DNA of 63,054 bases, filler included. It is 5 parts of 5 records of this genome, joined end to end, with 100 filler letters (N's around TTAATTAATTAA, not from the genome) between each part and the next. Parts side by side here need not be neighbours in the genome. Positions count along the whole stretch, not along the records: positions 29,028 to 46,983 come from DRR723986_5374; 4 more parts are not named here. The stretch is one strand, 5' to 3'. The number at the start of each line of letters is the position of its first letter. The first letter of the stretch is position 1. The notes under the pieces were generated by a model. It had not been told where the DNA came from. It saw nothing but the letters and a program-made list of their open reading frames with translations, and made no database searches. Below are positions 30,024 through 39,203 of this stretch, piece by piece. The translations under genes were made by a program, and so were the position numbers.

Positions 30024-30623
30024 ATGTCTCGGTCCATCATGACCCGCCGCAGTGCGCTTTTGGGTGTCGCCAGCACTCTGGCCACGCCCACATTGCTATC
30101 AGCTCAAAGCACCGATGCATTTCCGCAGGTCGAGGCTCCAATCTCGGATCAACCAGCGGTTCGTCGCAACGCCTCGTCCTTCAAGCAACAGCGCTGGCAG
30201 GACCATTTTGATGATTTGGGTGTGGGTTGTTTGCTGGCTGATATCACCAGCCGCGCTGTACACTATTGGGATGGAGACGGGGTAACCTATCGCCTGTACC
30301 CGTCTTCTGTGCCTATGAGCGAAGAGCTGACAAAACGCGGATATACCAAAGTGGTGCGCAAGGCAGAAAATCCCAGCTGGACCCCGACCGCTTCCATGCG
30401 CGAACGCGACCCATCGCTCCCGTTGCGCATGGAAGGTGGCGAAGGGAACCCACTGGGCACACGCGCAATGTACCTCAGCTGGCCCGCATATCTGGTGCAC
30501 GGCACCCACGACACTCGCAAAATCGGACGGCAGAGCTCTTCTGGCTGTATTGGATTGTACAACCAGCACGTTGAAGAGCTCTATCCTTTGGTCAAAGTCG
30601 GCACCAAGGTACGCCTGCTTTAA
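30024..30623 (+). CDS. L,D-transpeptidase (YkuD family), Tat-exported
   Basis: TRRSALLG Tat motif; PSWTPT, NPLGTRAMYL, HGT...SSGCIGL. Confidence 0.92.
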   Translation: MSRSIMTRRSALLGVASTLATPTLLSAQSTDAFPQVEAPISDQPAVRRNASSFKQQRWQDHFDDLGVGCLLADITSRAVHYWDGDGVTYRLYPSSVPMSEELTKRGYTKVVRKAENPSWTPTASMRERDPSLPLRMEGGEGNPLGTRAMYLSWPAYLVHGTHDTRKIGRQSSSGCIGLYNQHVEELYPLVKVGTKVRLL

Positions 30624-31469
30624 TCAGGTTTTGCGGATCCAGAAACTCTGAGCCCGACCCGCTGCTAAAAACGGAAGCGCCTTGACCGCGTCAGGGCGCT
30701 CTTGCTGCAGATAATATCCAGGCCAGAGAAGCTGATACCCGCTGGTCTGGATCAAGGTATGCAGCACATACTGTTCGCCCCACGACGGGCAATCGTGGAA
30801 AAACCGGTTCGGATATTCATAGGGCAAAAAGACGTCGTGCACATGGATCACCACCCCCGGTGCCAATCGCGGGATGATCCGGCAAAACAAATGCGCCACG
30901 TCATTGCTCATGCGGACCTGATGGCTTGAGTCAATAAACAACACATCCCCAGGTCCAAGTGTATCAAACAGGGTTGGGTCCACATCTTCCAAGCGCTTCT
31001 GCTCAAAGTCATCCACTACATGGGCGATGTCAGCGCGTGGATAAGGGTCAATCGCCGTGATCTTGGTTTCTAGCGCGCCGTCGCGAATGGCTTGGCGGGT
31101 AATACGGGTCGAATTCCCGCACCCTACCTCGATCACATGTTTGGGCTTGAACCTGCGGATCATCAGATACAATGCCTCTGCATCCGGCGTGTCATAGTAC
31201 CCGTTGTTCGATCGGTATCCGGTGGTGTTCTGTGCAGGGTCGTGTAGCGCAGCCAAGGCAGCTTGGTGGGTTTCGTATTCCCGCACCAGTCCTGAAATAT
31301 CAAACCCCTCCATACCGGGGCTCAGCGCATATGCAGGTTTCTCTAAACCGCCACGCCGTTCAAACGCAACAAGGCGTTCTTGTTCAGCAATCTCGTCTGA
31401 GCGATCAATGACCTTGACGTCAAGCGGATCAAGCAAAGCGTTGATCTTGGGAAATTTTCTCTTCTTCAC
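30624..31469 (-). CDS. Class I SAM-dependent methyltransferase (Methyltransf_24-like)
   Basis: VIEVGCGNST, AIDPYP, LFIDSSH, IHVHDVFLP; GTG start inferred (ORF track starts at 31487). Confidence 0.8.
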   Translation of the reverse strand: MKKRKFPKINALLDPLDVKVIDRSDEIAEQERLVAFERRGGLEKPAYALSPGMEGFDISGLVREYETHQAALAALHDPAQNTTGYRSNNGYYDTPDAEALYLMIRRFKPKHVIEVGCGNSTRITRQAIRDGALETKITAIDPYPRADIAHVVDDFEQKRLEDVDPTLFDTLGPGDVLFIDSSHQVRMSNDVAHLFCRIIPRLAPGVVIHVHDVFLPYEYPNRFFHDCPSWGEQYVLHTLIQTSGYQLLWPGYYLQQERPDAVKALPFLAAGRAQSFWIRKT

Positions 31470-31610
31470 GGCCCGACACCTTTTCATCTCACACTCACCA
31501 AGGTTGAATAACGGCCTTCGCGCGCTGTTCCAACCCCAACAGCGCGAAACTGCCCCATTGGCAAACGCACCCTTTCAGGTTTCACTGGTTTCACAAGACA
31601 GGAGACCCCA

Positions 31611-32726
31611 ATGCAGCAGGAATTTACACTCGGCATTGAAGAGGAATATTTGCTGGTCGATCAGGATTCCCTGAACCTGGCCATCGCGCCCGAGGCGCTC
31701 ATCCAAGCGTGCCAAGCTGATTTCCAGGGTCAAGTCAGCCCAGAATTCCTGCAATGTCAGATCGAGGTCGGGACCCGCGTTCACACCACAATCGCCAGCG
31801 CGCGTGAGGATCTTAAGCGCCTGCGTGCCTGTGTGTCGCGCCATGCCGCCGACTATAATCTGGCCCCAATTGCAGTGTCTTGCCACCCTTTTGCCAACTG
31901 GAAAGACCAACACCACACACGCAAAAGCCGCTATGATGCATTGCAGCATGCGCTAGGCGGTGTTGCGCGTCGCATGTTGATCTGTGGCATGCATGTCCAC
32001 GTCGGGATTGCGGATCAAGCCCTGCGCGCCGATCTGATGCCACAGCTGAGCTACTTTCTTCCCCATCTGCTGGCTCTGTCCACCTCATCGCCCTTTTGGA
32101 ACGGAGAAGACACCGGCCTGTCCTCCTATCGCCTGACCGTTTTCGACAATCTTCCGCGCACTGGCCTGCCGCCAAATTTCAACAGTTGGGCAGAATACGA
32201 ACGTACCACCGGCGCGCTGATTGAGCTGGGCGTGATCGAAGATACGACCAAAATCTGGTGGGACCTGCGCCCCTCGCACCAGTTCCCAACGCTTGAAACA
32301 CGCATCATGGACGTTCAACCCCGGCTAGAGGACGCGCTGGCGTTGGCCGCGCTTAATCAAGCCCTATTGCGCATGCTATGTCGCCTAAAAGAGGGCAACC
32401 TGCGCTGGCGACAATACGACCGTTTCCTAATCGGCGAAAACCGCTGGCGTGCCCAACGCTATGGCGTGCGCGAGGGGCTGATTGATTTCGGGGACAGATC
32501 GATCAAACCAATGACCACCCTGCTTGAAGAGCTGGAACAGATGCTGGCCGAAGATATGGATATTCTTGGAACCGCGACCGAAATCGCGCGCCTGAAAAAA
32601 ATCGCGACATCGGGCACCTCAGCCCGCCGCCAAAGGCAGGTACATGCAGACGCTGCGACCACTGGCAAAGACCCAGGGCGCGCCGTGGTGCAGCATCTCA
32701 TCGAAGAGTTTCATGCGGATTTATGA
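31611..32726 (+). CDS. Carboxylate-amine ligase (YbdK / glutamate-cysteine ligase family 2)
   Basis: [48 protein letters not shown]. Confidence 0.92.
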   Translation: MQQEFTLGIEEEYLLVDQDSLNLAIAPEALIQACQADFQGQVSPEFLQCQIEVGTRVHTTIASAREDLKRLRACVSRHAADYNLAPIAVSCHPFANWKDQHHTRKSRYDALQHALGGVARRMLICGMHVHVGIADQALRADLMPQLSYFLPHLLALSTSSPFWNGEDTGLSSYRLTVFDNLPRTGLPPNFNSWAEYERTTGALIELGVIEDTTKIWWDLRPSHQFPTLETRIMDVQPRLEDALALAALNQALLRMLCRLKEGNLRWRQYDRFLIGENRWRAQRYGVREGLIDFGDRSIKPMTTLLEELEQMLAEDMDILGTATEIARLKKIATSGTSARRQRQVHADAATTGKDPGRAVVQHLIEEFHADL

Positions 32727-32778
32727 GACGCTGCACCCTACGGGGCGAATGTAAAAACGGATCCAGATCGCAATCCGA

Positions 32779-33441
32779 TCAATCTTCTAGCTCGGCACCC
32801 CAATACAGGTAATCCATCCACGTTTGGTGCAATTCGCCATTAATCATAGGTTGCTTGCGTGCAGCCGCATCCAATTGATACCCTGTCGGAGCGTAAGGCT
32901 GACGCAGCAACTTCATCCCCGCCTGTTTGGGCGTTCTGTTTGCTTTTCTCAAATTATCCTTGCTACAGCACGCAACGATGTTGGACCAATTCGACCCTCC
33001 GCCTTTGCTGCGCGGAACAACATGATCAAATGTCAGCTCTTTGACGGGGAACCGTTCGCCGCAATACTGGCATCTAAAGCCATCTCGTAAAAACAGGTTG
33101 TAGCGGGTAAATCCGACCCGCTTTCGTTTGTGAAAATTCCTAAGCGCAACAACCGCCGGAACTTCAAAAGACTGCGTCGCCGAATGCACGATACAATCTT
33201 CGTAGGTCTTGATTTGAATAACCCGCTCTTGGTGCACGGCGACAAATGCGCTCTGCCAGCTCCAGACGGATAAGGGCGCCCAACTTAGAGGCTGCATATT
33301 TGCGTTCAAAACAAGCGTACGCAGCTGCGATCCCGTTTGTTTTATGCGGGATCCATCCATTTCAGACCCCACCTCTCTGGCGGTGGTCTTTCGCGTGTCT
33401 TGGCGAAATACAGGCTGTGCGTCGTATGTGCTGAGGGACAT
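32779..33441 (-). CDS. HNH endonuclease (McrA/HNH_5-like)
   Basis: LVLNANMQPLS N-domain; RDGFRCQYCG, LTFDHVVPRSKGG, WSNIVACCSKDNLRK; GGAGAGG RBS. Confidence 0.92.
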   Translation of the reverse strand: MSLSTYDAQPVFRQDTRKTTAREVGSEMDGSRIKQTGSQLRTLVLNANMQPLSWAPLSVWSWQSAFVAVHQERVIQIKTYEDCIVHSATQSFEVPAVVALRNFHKRKRVGFTRYNLFLRDGFRCQYCGERFPVKELTFDHVVPRSKGGGSNWSNIVACCSKDNLRKANRTPKQAGMKLLRQPYAPTGYQLDAAARKQPMINGELHQTWMDYLYWGAELED

Positions 33442-33460
33442 TTTGGTTCACCTCTCCCCA

Positions 33461-33495
33461 AGAAAAGCAAAAGGCGCGTGATGCACACGCGCCTT
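33461..33495 (-). terminator. Intrinsic terminator immediately upstream of the HNH RBS
   Basis: Minus strand AAGGCGCGTG-TGCAT-CACGCGCCTT then TTGCTTTTCT. Confidence 0.75.
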
Positions 33496-33830
33496 ATAAC
33501 GTTTCAAATTTTCAATCTGATAAGAGTCCCAAGAGGTGCTTACAGTAGCCCCATGACTTCGCTCTTTTTCCTGCATCCTAGGATTGGGGGCCACCCCCCT
33601 CTCACTGCACAGTCGCAACATCTCAGCGACCCGAGGTGTGAACACCTGCTGCACAAATGCCTTTAGGCGTCTCGGGGGCATATCGCTCCGAATCCTATCT
33701 CCCGCTTTCACGCGCAAAATAGACATATTGCAATCATACCCAATACTGAGACTTGCACCCTTCAAAGACTCTCTCCTCGCCCTGCGTCGCCATTGATCGG
33801 CCCCAAGGCGGGGATCCCCGCCCCGGCATA
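33461..33830 (-). ncRNA. Candidate ~370-nt structured ncRNA or 5' leader of the HNH gene
   Basis: Bounded by a promoter and a terminator; at least 7 hand-foldable hairpins; no recognisable protein. Confidence 0.55.
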
Positions 33831-33834
33831 GGGA

Positions 33835-33891
33835 TAACTATATATCGTGGTTGGATCGTGACAAGTCCCGTTTCACCACAATATCTCGATC
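33835..33891 (-). promoter_or_regulatory. Sigma70 promoter overlapped/flanked by tandem NrdR-like boxes
   Basis: -35 TTGTCA (33864-33859), N16, -10 TATAGT (33842-33837); boxes TAACTATATATCGTGG (33835-33850) and CCACAATATCTCGATC (33876-33891), 41 bp apart. Confidence 0.65.
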
Positions 33892-33926
33892 GCAGCTAAT
33901 CCGCTATGGTAACACTGGCATGACAG

Positions 33927-33935
33927 TTATCCACA
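33927..33935 (+). promoter_or_regulatory. DnaA box
   Basis: Perfect TTATCCACA. Confidence 0.55.
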
Positions 33936-33986
33936 GCATCAGAGAACGGTTGCTTTTTTTGAGTGCAAAGCGGTATGGCACAGGGC

Positions 33987-34565
33987 ATGACCAAATTGAT
34001 CCGCTTCAACAAACCTTTTGATGTGCTCCCCCAATTTACCGATCGCGGGACACAGGGAACGCCACGCCGAACTCTGTCTGATTTCATAGAAATGCCCGGC
34101 GTCTATCCTGCCGGCAGATTGGATCGCGACAGCGAAGGCTTAATGCTGCTCACGGATGACGGGGCACTTCAGGCCCGGATCACGGACCCCAAACATAAGA
34201 TGCCAAAAACGTATTGGGTTCAGGTTGAAGGCGAACCAGATCAGTCCGCGATCGACGCGCTGTGCTCGGGGCTTGTTCTTAAAGACGGGCCAACCAAACC
34301 GGCACAGGCAAAACGGATGGCCGAACCTGATATTTTGTGGCCCAGAACGCCGCCCATTCGGGTGCGCAAATCCGTCCCTGACAGTTGGATCTCCTTGACG
34401 ATACACGAAGGGCGCAACCGGCAAGTTCGACGGATGACCGCAGCTGTCGGGCATCCGACTTTGCGATTGATCCGTTACCGCATCGGGAACTGGACGCTTG
34501 ATGGGTTAGATACCGGGGTTTGGCAATCCATCGCGCCGCCACTTCATCCTGCACGACAACGCTGA
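33987..34565 (+). CDS. rluE: rRNA pseudouridine synthase, RluE-like
   Basis: [43 protein letters not shown]. Confidence 0.9.
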   Translation: MTKLIRFNKPFDVLPQFTDRGTQGTPRRTLSDFIEMPGVYPAGRLDRDSEGLMLLTDDGALQARITDPKHKMPKTYWVQVEGEPDQSAIDALCSGLVLKDGPTKPAQAKRMAEPDILWPRTPPIRVRKSVPDSWISLTIHEGRNRQVRRMTAAVGHPTLRLIRYRIGNWTLDGLDTGVWQSIAPPLHPARQR

Positions 34566-34703
34566 GTCGCGTTGATACGAGAGTGATTGGCGCCACGTCC
34601 TAACAAATTGGCGCAACCACAGCGCGCCATTTGGCGCGCTGCCCGGCCCAACGTGACTGGGTCAATCCATGGATTGGCCCACAAAACGGCGGGAGTGCCC
34701 CGT

Positions 34704-35369
34704 TCAAAAGCTCAGTTTGTCACGAATAAAGGCCAACGCCACGCTCAGACCATCCTGCGCAATCCCGTGGGCGGTCCCTTTCATCACATGCGCATAGACC
34801 TCTTCAAAGCCAGCCGCCTGCAACCCTTCGGCGGCTTCAGGCAGGGACTGAGGTGGAACAACATCATCGGAATCGCCATGAACCAGCAGCACAGGCATCC
34901 GGCTAACCACCTGCTCTGGCAAGGCTTCTGGATCCAACAGCCGTCCAGAGAAAGCCACGACCCCGGCAACCGCATCTTCGCGGCGTGGAGCCACGTGCAG
35001 GCTCATCATTGTGCCTTGGCTAAAGCCGAACAACACAACCTGCTCAGGCAGAACATCCTCGTCCACCATCAAGGCATCCAAAAAGGCATTCAAATCGTCT
35101 ACAGCCGACACCATGCCCCGCATAGATTCCTCTTCGGATGACCCATCGATCCAAGGGATCGGGAACCATTGAAAGGCACCCGGCATACCCGGAATCGTTT
35201 CCGGCGCATCCGGCGCGACAAACAATGTGTCAGGCAGGTGTTCCCCCAAAGGGTCGGCAAGCCCAAGCAGATCGGCACCATTGGCGCCATAGCCGTGCAG
35301 AAACACGACAATGGATCGTGTGCTGCCTGAAATCGGCTCTTTACGGCCTGCGTTCAATACTCTGGTCAT
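34704..35369 (-). CDS. Phospholipase/carboxylesterase (alpha/beta hydrolase)
   Basis: FLHGYGANG, GFSQG, VHGDSDDVV, AHGI. Confidence 0.9.
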   Translation of the reverse strand: MTRVLNAGRKEPISGSTRSIVVFLHGYGANGADLLGLADPLGEHLPDTLFVAPDAPETIPGMPGAFQWFPIPWIDGSSEEESMRGMVSAVDDLNAFLDALMVDEDVLPEQVVLFGFSQGTMMSLHVAPRREDAVAGVVAFSGRLLDPEALPEQVVSRMPVLLVHGDSDDVVPPQSLPEAAEGLQAAGFEEVYAHVMKGTAHGIAQDGLSVALAFIRDKLSF

Positions 35370-35998
35370 CGGATACCTTCTCTGTCCTTGATAATGCGGT
35401 AATAGGCCCACAACACGCGCGCCGCAACCGATCGCCATGGTGACCATGCAAGGGCCATGTGGCGAAATTCTTTTTCCGTTGGTCGACCCGGTAAATCGTA
35501 CAAAACACGCGCCGCTTCCTGCAGCGCCAAATCGCCGGGTGCAAACACATCGGCACGCCCTAGCGAAAACATCGCATAGACCTCGGCCGTCCACGGACCG
35601 ATCCCTGAAACTTGGGTCAACGTTGCGATCACATCGTCATCGGGCGCGTCTCGCAAGGCTTTGAACTTGATACCCGCCCCGGCAAGTGCTCGAGCATAAC
35701 GAATTTTCTGCCTGCTCAACCCCACGGCGCGCATATCATCATCGCTCGCCCATTGGATCTTCCGAGGACCGATAAGACCGGCATCTTGCATTCGCCCCCA
35801 AATCGCATTGGCCGATGCGACACTCACCTGTTGGCTGACAATCGCGCTGAGCAATTGTGCAAAGCCATCCGGTCGCCGACGCAACGGCAGCGGCCCGGTT
35901 TGCTCGATCGCATAGGCCATGCGAGGGCAATTCTGCGCCAACCATTCCGCCCCTTCAGACACACATTCTGGCGTCTCGATGATCCGTCCCACCGTCAT
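35366..35998 (-). CDS. alkA: DNA-3-methyladenine glycosylase II
   Basis: IVSQQVSVASA, GIGPWTAE, GRADVFAPGDL, WSPWRSVAA. Confidence 0.88.
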   Translation of the reverse strand: MTVGRIIETPECVSEGAEWLAQNCPRMAYAIEQTGPLPLRRRPDGFAQLLSAIVSQQVSVASANAIWGRMQDAGLIGPRKIQWASDDDMRAVGLSRQKIRYARALAGAGIKFKALRDAPDDDVIATLTQVSGIGPWTAEVYAMFSLGRADVFAPGDLALQEAARVLYDLPGRPTEKEFRHMALAWSPWRSVAARVLWAYYRIIKDREGIR

Positions 35999-36103
35999 TC
36001 AACGCCTCTTGTTTTCTTTGGGGTGCTACCTCCGCACCCTAAGACACTCATTTTGAGATTCAAGCCGCTTGTGCACGAACAGATTCGCCGATACGCATGC
36101 GTC

Positions 36104-37321
36104 ATGACCCTATCCATATCCGCCCCCGACGATAGCAAGGCCAAACGAAACGTGGCCGTATTGGTAGCCGCCCAAGCCTTCTTGGGTGCGCAAATGCCTA
36201 TGATATTCACCATCGGTGGCCTTGCGGGGCAGTCGTTGGCAACCAACGTGTGTTTGGCGACATTGCCCATCTCACTGATTGTTCTTGGGTCCATGCTGTC
36301 GGCGACGCCAATTTCCGCAATTATGCAACGCTGGGGACGGCGCGCTGGATTTTTGATCGGCACGGTTGGCGGTGCTGGCGGGGGTTTGGTTGGCGCCTAT
36401 GGTCTGTACCTCGGGTCATTTCCGATCTTCCTGATCGGCAGCTTTATGACAGGCATCTATATGAGCGCGCAGGGCTTCTATCGCTTTGCTGCTGCAGACA
36501 CCGCCTCGGATGCGTTTAGGCCCAAAGCGATTTCATATGTCATGGCCGGAGGGCTGGCCTCTGCCATTATCGGCCCACAGCTTGTCAAAGCCACCAGTCA
36601 GGCCTTTGTTGTTCCGTTTCTGGGAACCTACCTGACCGTGATCGCGATCAATGTGATTGGCTCATTGTTATTCTTTATGATCGACATTCCAAAGCCTCCG
36701 CAGCCCGCTGCGGACGCCCCCAAGGGTCGCACCCGTTGGGAATTGATCACCACCCCGCGCATTGCTGTCGCCGTGATTTGTGGCATGGTTTCCTATGCCC
36801 TGATGAATCTTGTTATGACCTCAACGCCTTTAGCGGTGGTCGGCTGTGGGTTCACCGAAGGGGACGCCGCAGATGTTGTGACATCTCATGTTCTGGCTAT
36901 GTTTGCGCCCAGCTTTTTTACCGGTCACCTGATTGCACGCTTTGGCGTCGAAAAGATCGTGGCCCTTGGGTTGGTTATTCTGGCTGGCGCTGGTGCGGTG
37001 GCACTGCAGGGTGTAGACCTCAACAGCTTCTTCATTGCCTTGGTCTTGCTTGGCTTGGGTTGGAACTTTGGCTTTATCGGCGCGACAACCATGTTGGCTG
37101 GGGCGCATGAACCACACGAACGTGGGCGTATGCAGGGCCTGAATGATCTCTTGGTCTTTGGCGGCGTCACCATCGCCTCGCTTGCTTCAGGGGGCTTGAT
37201 GAACTGTTCAGGCGGCACCCCTATTGAGGGCTGGACAGCGGTTAACTTGGCAATGGGTCCGTTTCTTGTACTGGCCGGGGGCGCGTTGATCTGGCTCGCC
37301 CTGCGCCCCGCCGAGGATTAA
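36104..37321 (+). CDS. MFS transporter
   Basis: About 12 TM helices; YRFAAAD, HVLAMFAPSFFTG, GLGWNFGFIGAT. Confidence 0.9.
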   Translation: MTLSISAPDDSKAKRNVAVLVAAQAFLGAQMPMIFTIGGLAGQSLATNVCLATLPISLIVLGSMLSATPISAIMQRWGRRAGFLIGTVGGAGGGLVGAYGLYLGSFPIFLIGSFMTGIYMSAQGFYRFAAADTASDAFRPKAISYVMAGGLASAIIGPQLVKATSQAFVVPFLGTYLTVIAINVIGSLLFFMIDIPKPPQPAADAPKGRTRWELITTPRIAVAVICGMVSYALMNLVMTSTPLAVVGCGFTEGDAADVVTSHVLAMFAPSFFTGHLIARFGVEKIVALGLVILAGAGAVALQGVDLNSFFIALVLLGLGWNFGFIGATTMLAGAHEPHERGRMQGLNDLLVFGGVTIASLASGGLMNCSGGTPIEGWTAVNLAMGPFLVLAGGALIWLALRPAED

Positions 37322-37761
37322 TCAAGCATCTGACCAACCGGTGCCAAAACACCTGATGCAGCAGCCGTGCTCATTCCTTGTTCGATATGAGCACGGTAGA
37401 TCACCCACATTTCAGCGCGCAATACGCGGCCCTTGTCGGTGATCCGCAAAACCTTGCCGCGTCCGTCCCCATTTGCCGACTCTCGGCTTAACAAACCTTG
37501 ATCTGCCATACGCGCCACTTGTCTGGAAAAGCTGGATTGATCGAACAACAGCTGCTGTTCCAGTTGAAATGGGCGCAAACCCTCTGGGTTTTGGTCCAGT
37601 TCCCATAACACATCGTACCAATTCAACTTGGGCAGCCCAGCCGCCACCAGCGCACGCTCGGTGTCGTGAAAGATCTGTGTGCGGACTCGGTTCAACGCAA
37701 TCCACGCGGCCTCGCGCGCTCTAAACTTGTCCAATTCACAACCCTGTGACACGTCCAGCAA
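37318..37761 (-). CDS. MarR family transcriptional regulator
   Basis: WYDVLWEL, SRQVARM..GL, DGRGKVLRITDKG. Confidence 0.85.
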   Translation of the reverse strand: MLDVSQGCELDKFRAREAAWIALNRVRTQIFHDTERALVAAGLPKLNWYDVLWELDQNPEGLRPFQLEQQLLFDQSSFSRQVARMADQGLLSRESANGDGRGKVLRITDKGRVLRAEMWVIYRAHIEQGMSTAAASGVLAPVGQMLD

Positions 37762-37788
37762 CTCCTTGCCCGAATACTCTCACCCACA

Positions 37789-37806
37789 TACATGCATTTA
37801 CATCTA
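37789..37806. promoter_or_regulatory. Putative MarR operator between divergent marR and yceI-like genes
   Basis: Imperfect palindrome TACATGCATTTACATCTA. Confidence 0.45.
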
Positions 37807-37830
37807 AATTCACATCCCGAGGGAAACAAA

Positions 37831-38421
37831 ATGAAAACGCTCTGCGCAACTGCTCTTCTTTTTGCGATGTCCGTCCCCGCCTTGGCCGAAACATATCATC
37901 TGGATCCCACTCATACTGAGATCCGATTTTACTACAACCACGCAGGCCTAACCGAACAATCGGGTGAATGGACTGGCATGTCTGGCACGATCGACTTTGA
38001 TCCAGAAAACGTGACCGCCACGTCGGCAAACATCAACATCGACACCAGCAGCCTGACAACAGGTGTTTCCCCACTGGATGATCACCTGAAAAGCGCTGAT
38101 TTCTTTGATATCGAGGTCTTTCCCAAAGCGACCTTTGTTTCCACCTCGGCCATTCAAACCGGGGCACAAACCCTGCGTCTGGTCGGTGATCTGACGATCA
38201 AGGATCAAACCAAACCCGCAACACTAGATGTCGACATGAAATTCATGGGCACGCACCCATTGGGTGGGTTCTTTGATTATTACAAAGGCGATTGGGTCGG
38301 CGTCGAAGCCACCGGCACATTATTGCGGAGCGAATACGGCGTGGGCATGTTTGCCCCAGGTACGTCCGATGCTGTTCGCCTGGAAATCTCTGCTGAGATG
38401 CGCGCTGGTGGCTGGAACTAA
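37831..38421 (+). CDS. YceI-family periplasmic protein
   Basis: Signal peptide; YHLDPTHT, DDHLKSADFFD, GDLTIK, RSEYG. Confidence 0.9.
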   Translation: MKTLCATALLFAMSVPALAETYHLDPTHTEIRFYYNHAGLTEQSGEWTGMSGTIDFDPENVTATSANINIDTSSLTTGVSPLDDHLKSADFFDIEVFPKATFVSTSAIQTGAQTLRLVGDLTIKDQTKPATLDVDMKFMGTHPLGGFFDYYKGDWVGVEATGTLLRSEYGVGMFAPGTSDAVRLEISAEMRAGGWN

Positions 38422-38426
38422 CCCAC

Positions 38427-39203
38427 CTACCACAACCCTGTCGCCGCACCCCACATCAGTCGGGTGCGGCGGCGGAACTCGCTTTGACCCAATGCGCCAG
38501 CAGCAACTCGTTCGGGTTGCGCAATCGCCTGTTTCAACACAGCACGGGTTTGCCAACCCGCCAACAACGCCGAGGCCGCCTCTTTGGAAACCAGATGGCG
38601 CCGCGCCTGCGCAACGTTTAATCGCTCCAACGCCTGTTGGGCTAATGCTTGAACGCCTGTGGTGGTTCCGTCCACCAATGGAATCCGGCCTCGCGCCTCA
38701 AGCTCGGGGATAGCCCGCAACCAACTGGCCACGCCCGATGCATAGCCAAAATCGCGCACAACCCCTTCGTCCGCAGGCCCCAAAGATTGCGCCGCCACCA
38801 ACATCAGTGTACCCGCGCTCTGGTCGATGTAATTCTTAAAATGGGCCGCATCTTCGAACGGATCTTTGTAAATATCCCAGCGCCTTACCGCCACATACTC
38901 ATCCAAAGCTTCCGCCAGATGCACCGAGATTTCGCGCGCCAATGGTGTCGCAACTTGATGCCTGCGCACGGCCCCGCCTTTGGCAATTTCCTCAGCAACG
39001 TCGCGCCACCATTGGAGGCGCATTTCCGCGATCATCGGTTCCTGCGTAACCCAAGGGGCACGGGATACTTCGACATTCATCGCATACAGCGGGAACAGCA
39101 CAGCACGCGCTTGCGCTGGGGCAGCCATTGTCGCCAAAAAGCGGTCTGGGTCGCCTTTCTGGACAAGCTCGGCACAAGATTTCAGGTCATCATCATAGAT
39201 CAT
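38427..39203 (-). CDS. Squalene/phytoene synthase family protein (NDUFAF6-like)
   Basis: DPDRFLATM, LYAMNVEVSR, EPMIAEMRLQWW. Confidence 0.85.
   Translation of the reverse strand: MIYDDDLKSCAELVQKGDPDRFLATMAAPAQARAVLFPLYAMNVEVSRAPWVTQEPMIAEMRLQWWRDVAEEIAKGGAVRRHQVATPLAREISVHLAEALDEYVAVRRWDIYKDPFEDAAHFKNYIDQSAGTLMLVAAQSLGPADEGVVRDFGYASGVASWLRAIPELEARGRIPLVDGTTTGVQALAQQALERLNVAQARRHLVSKEAASALLAGWQTRAVLKQAIAQPERVAAGALGQSEFRRRTRLMWGAATGLW

Noticed and set aside
32779-33441. HNH protein as IscB/Cas9-like OMEGA effector
   Set aside because: Only 220 aa; no RuvC segments, bridge helix or PLMP-type N-terminus; no transposase or CRISPR array nearby.
33448-33765. 105-aa minus-strand ORF (TTG start, GAGGAG upstream) covering the candidate ncRNA
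   Set aside because: No recognisable motif, and it runs straight through the terminator hairpin; dense stems favour an RNA role. Not fully excluded.
33461-33830. Partial resemblance to cobalamin (GCCCCCG) or glycine (GGAGAG..GAAGG..UCUCAG) riboswitches, or to RNase P RNA/tmRNA
   Set aside because: The other required conserved blocks and spacings could not be found by eye.
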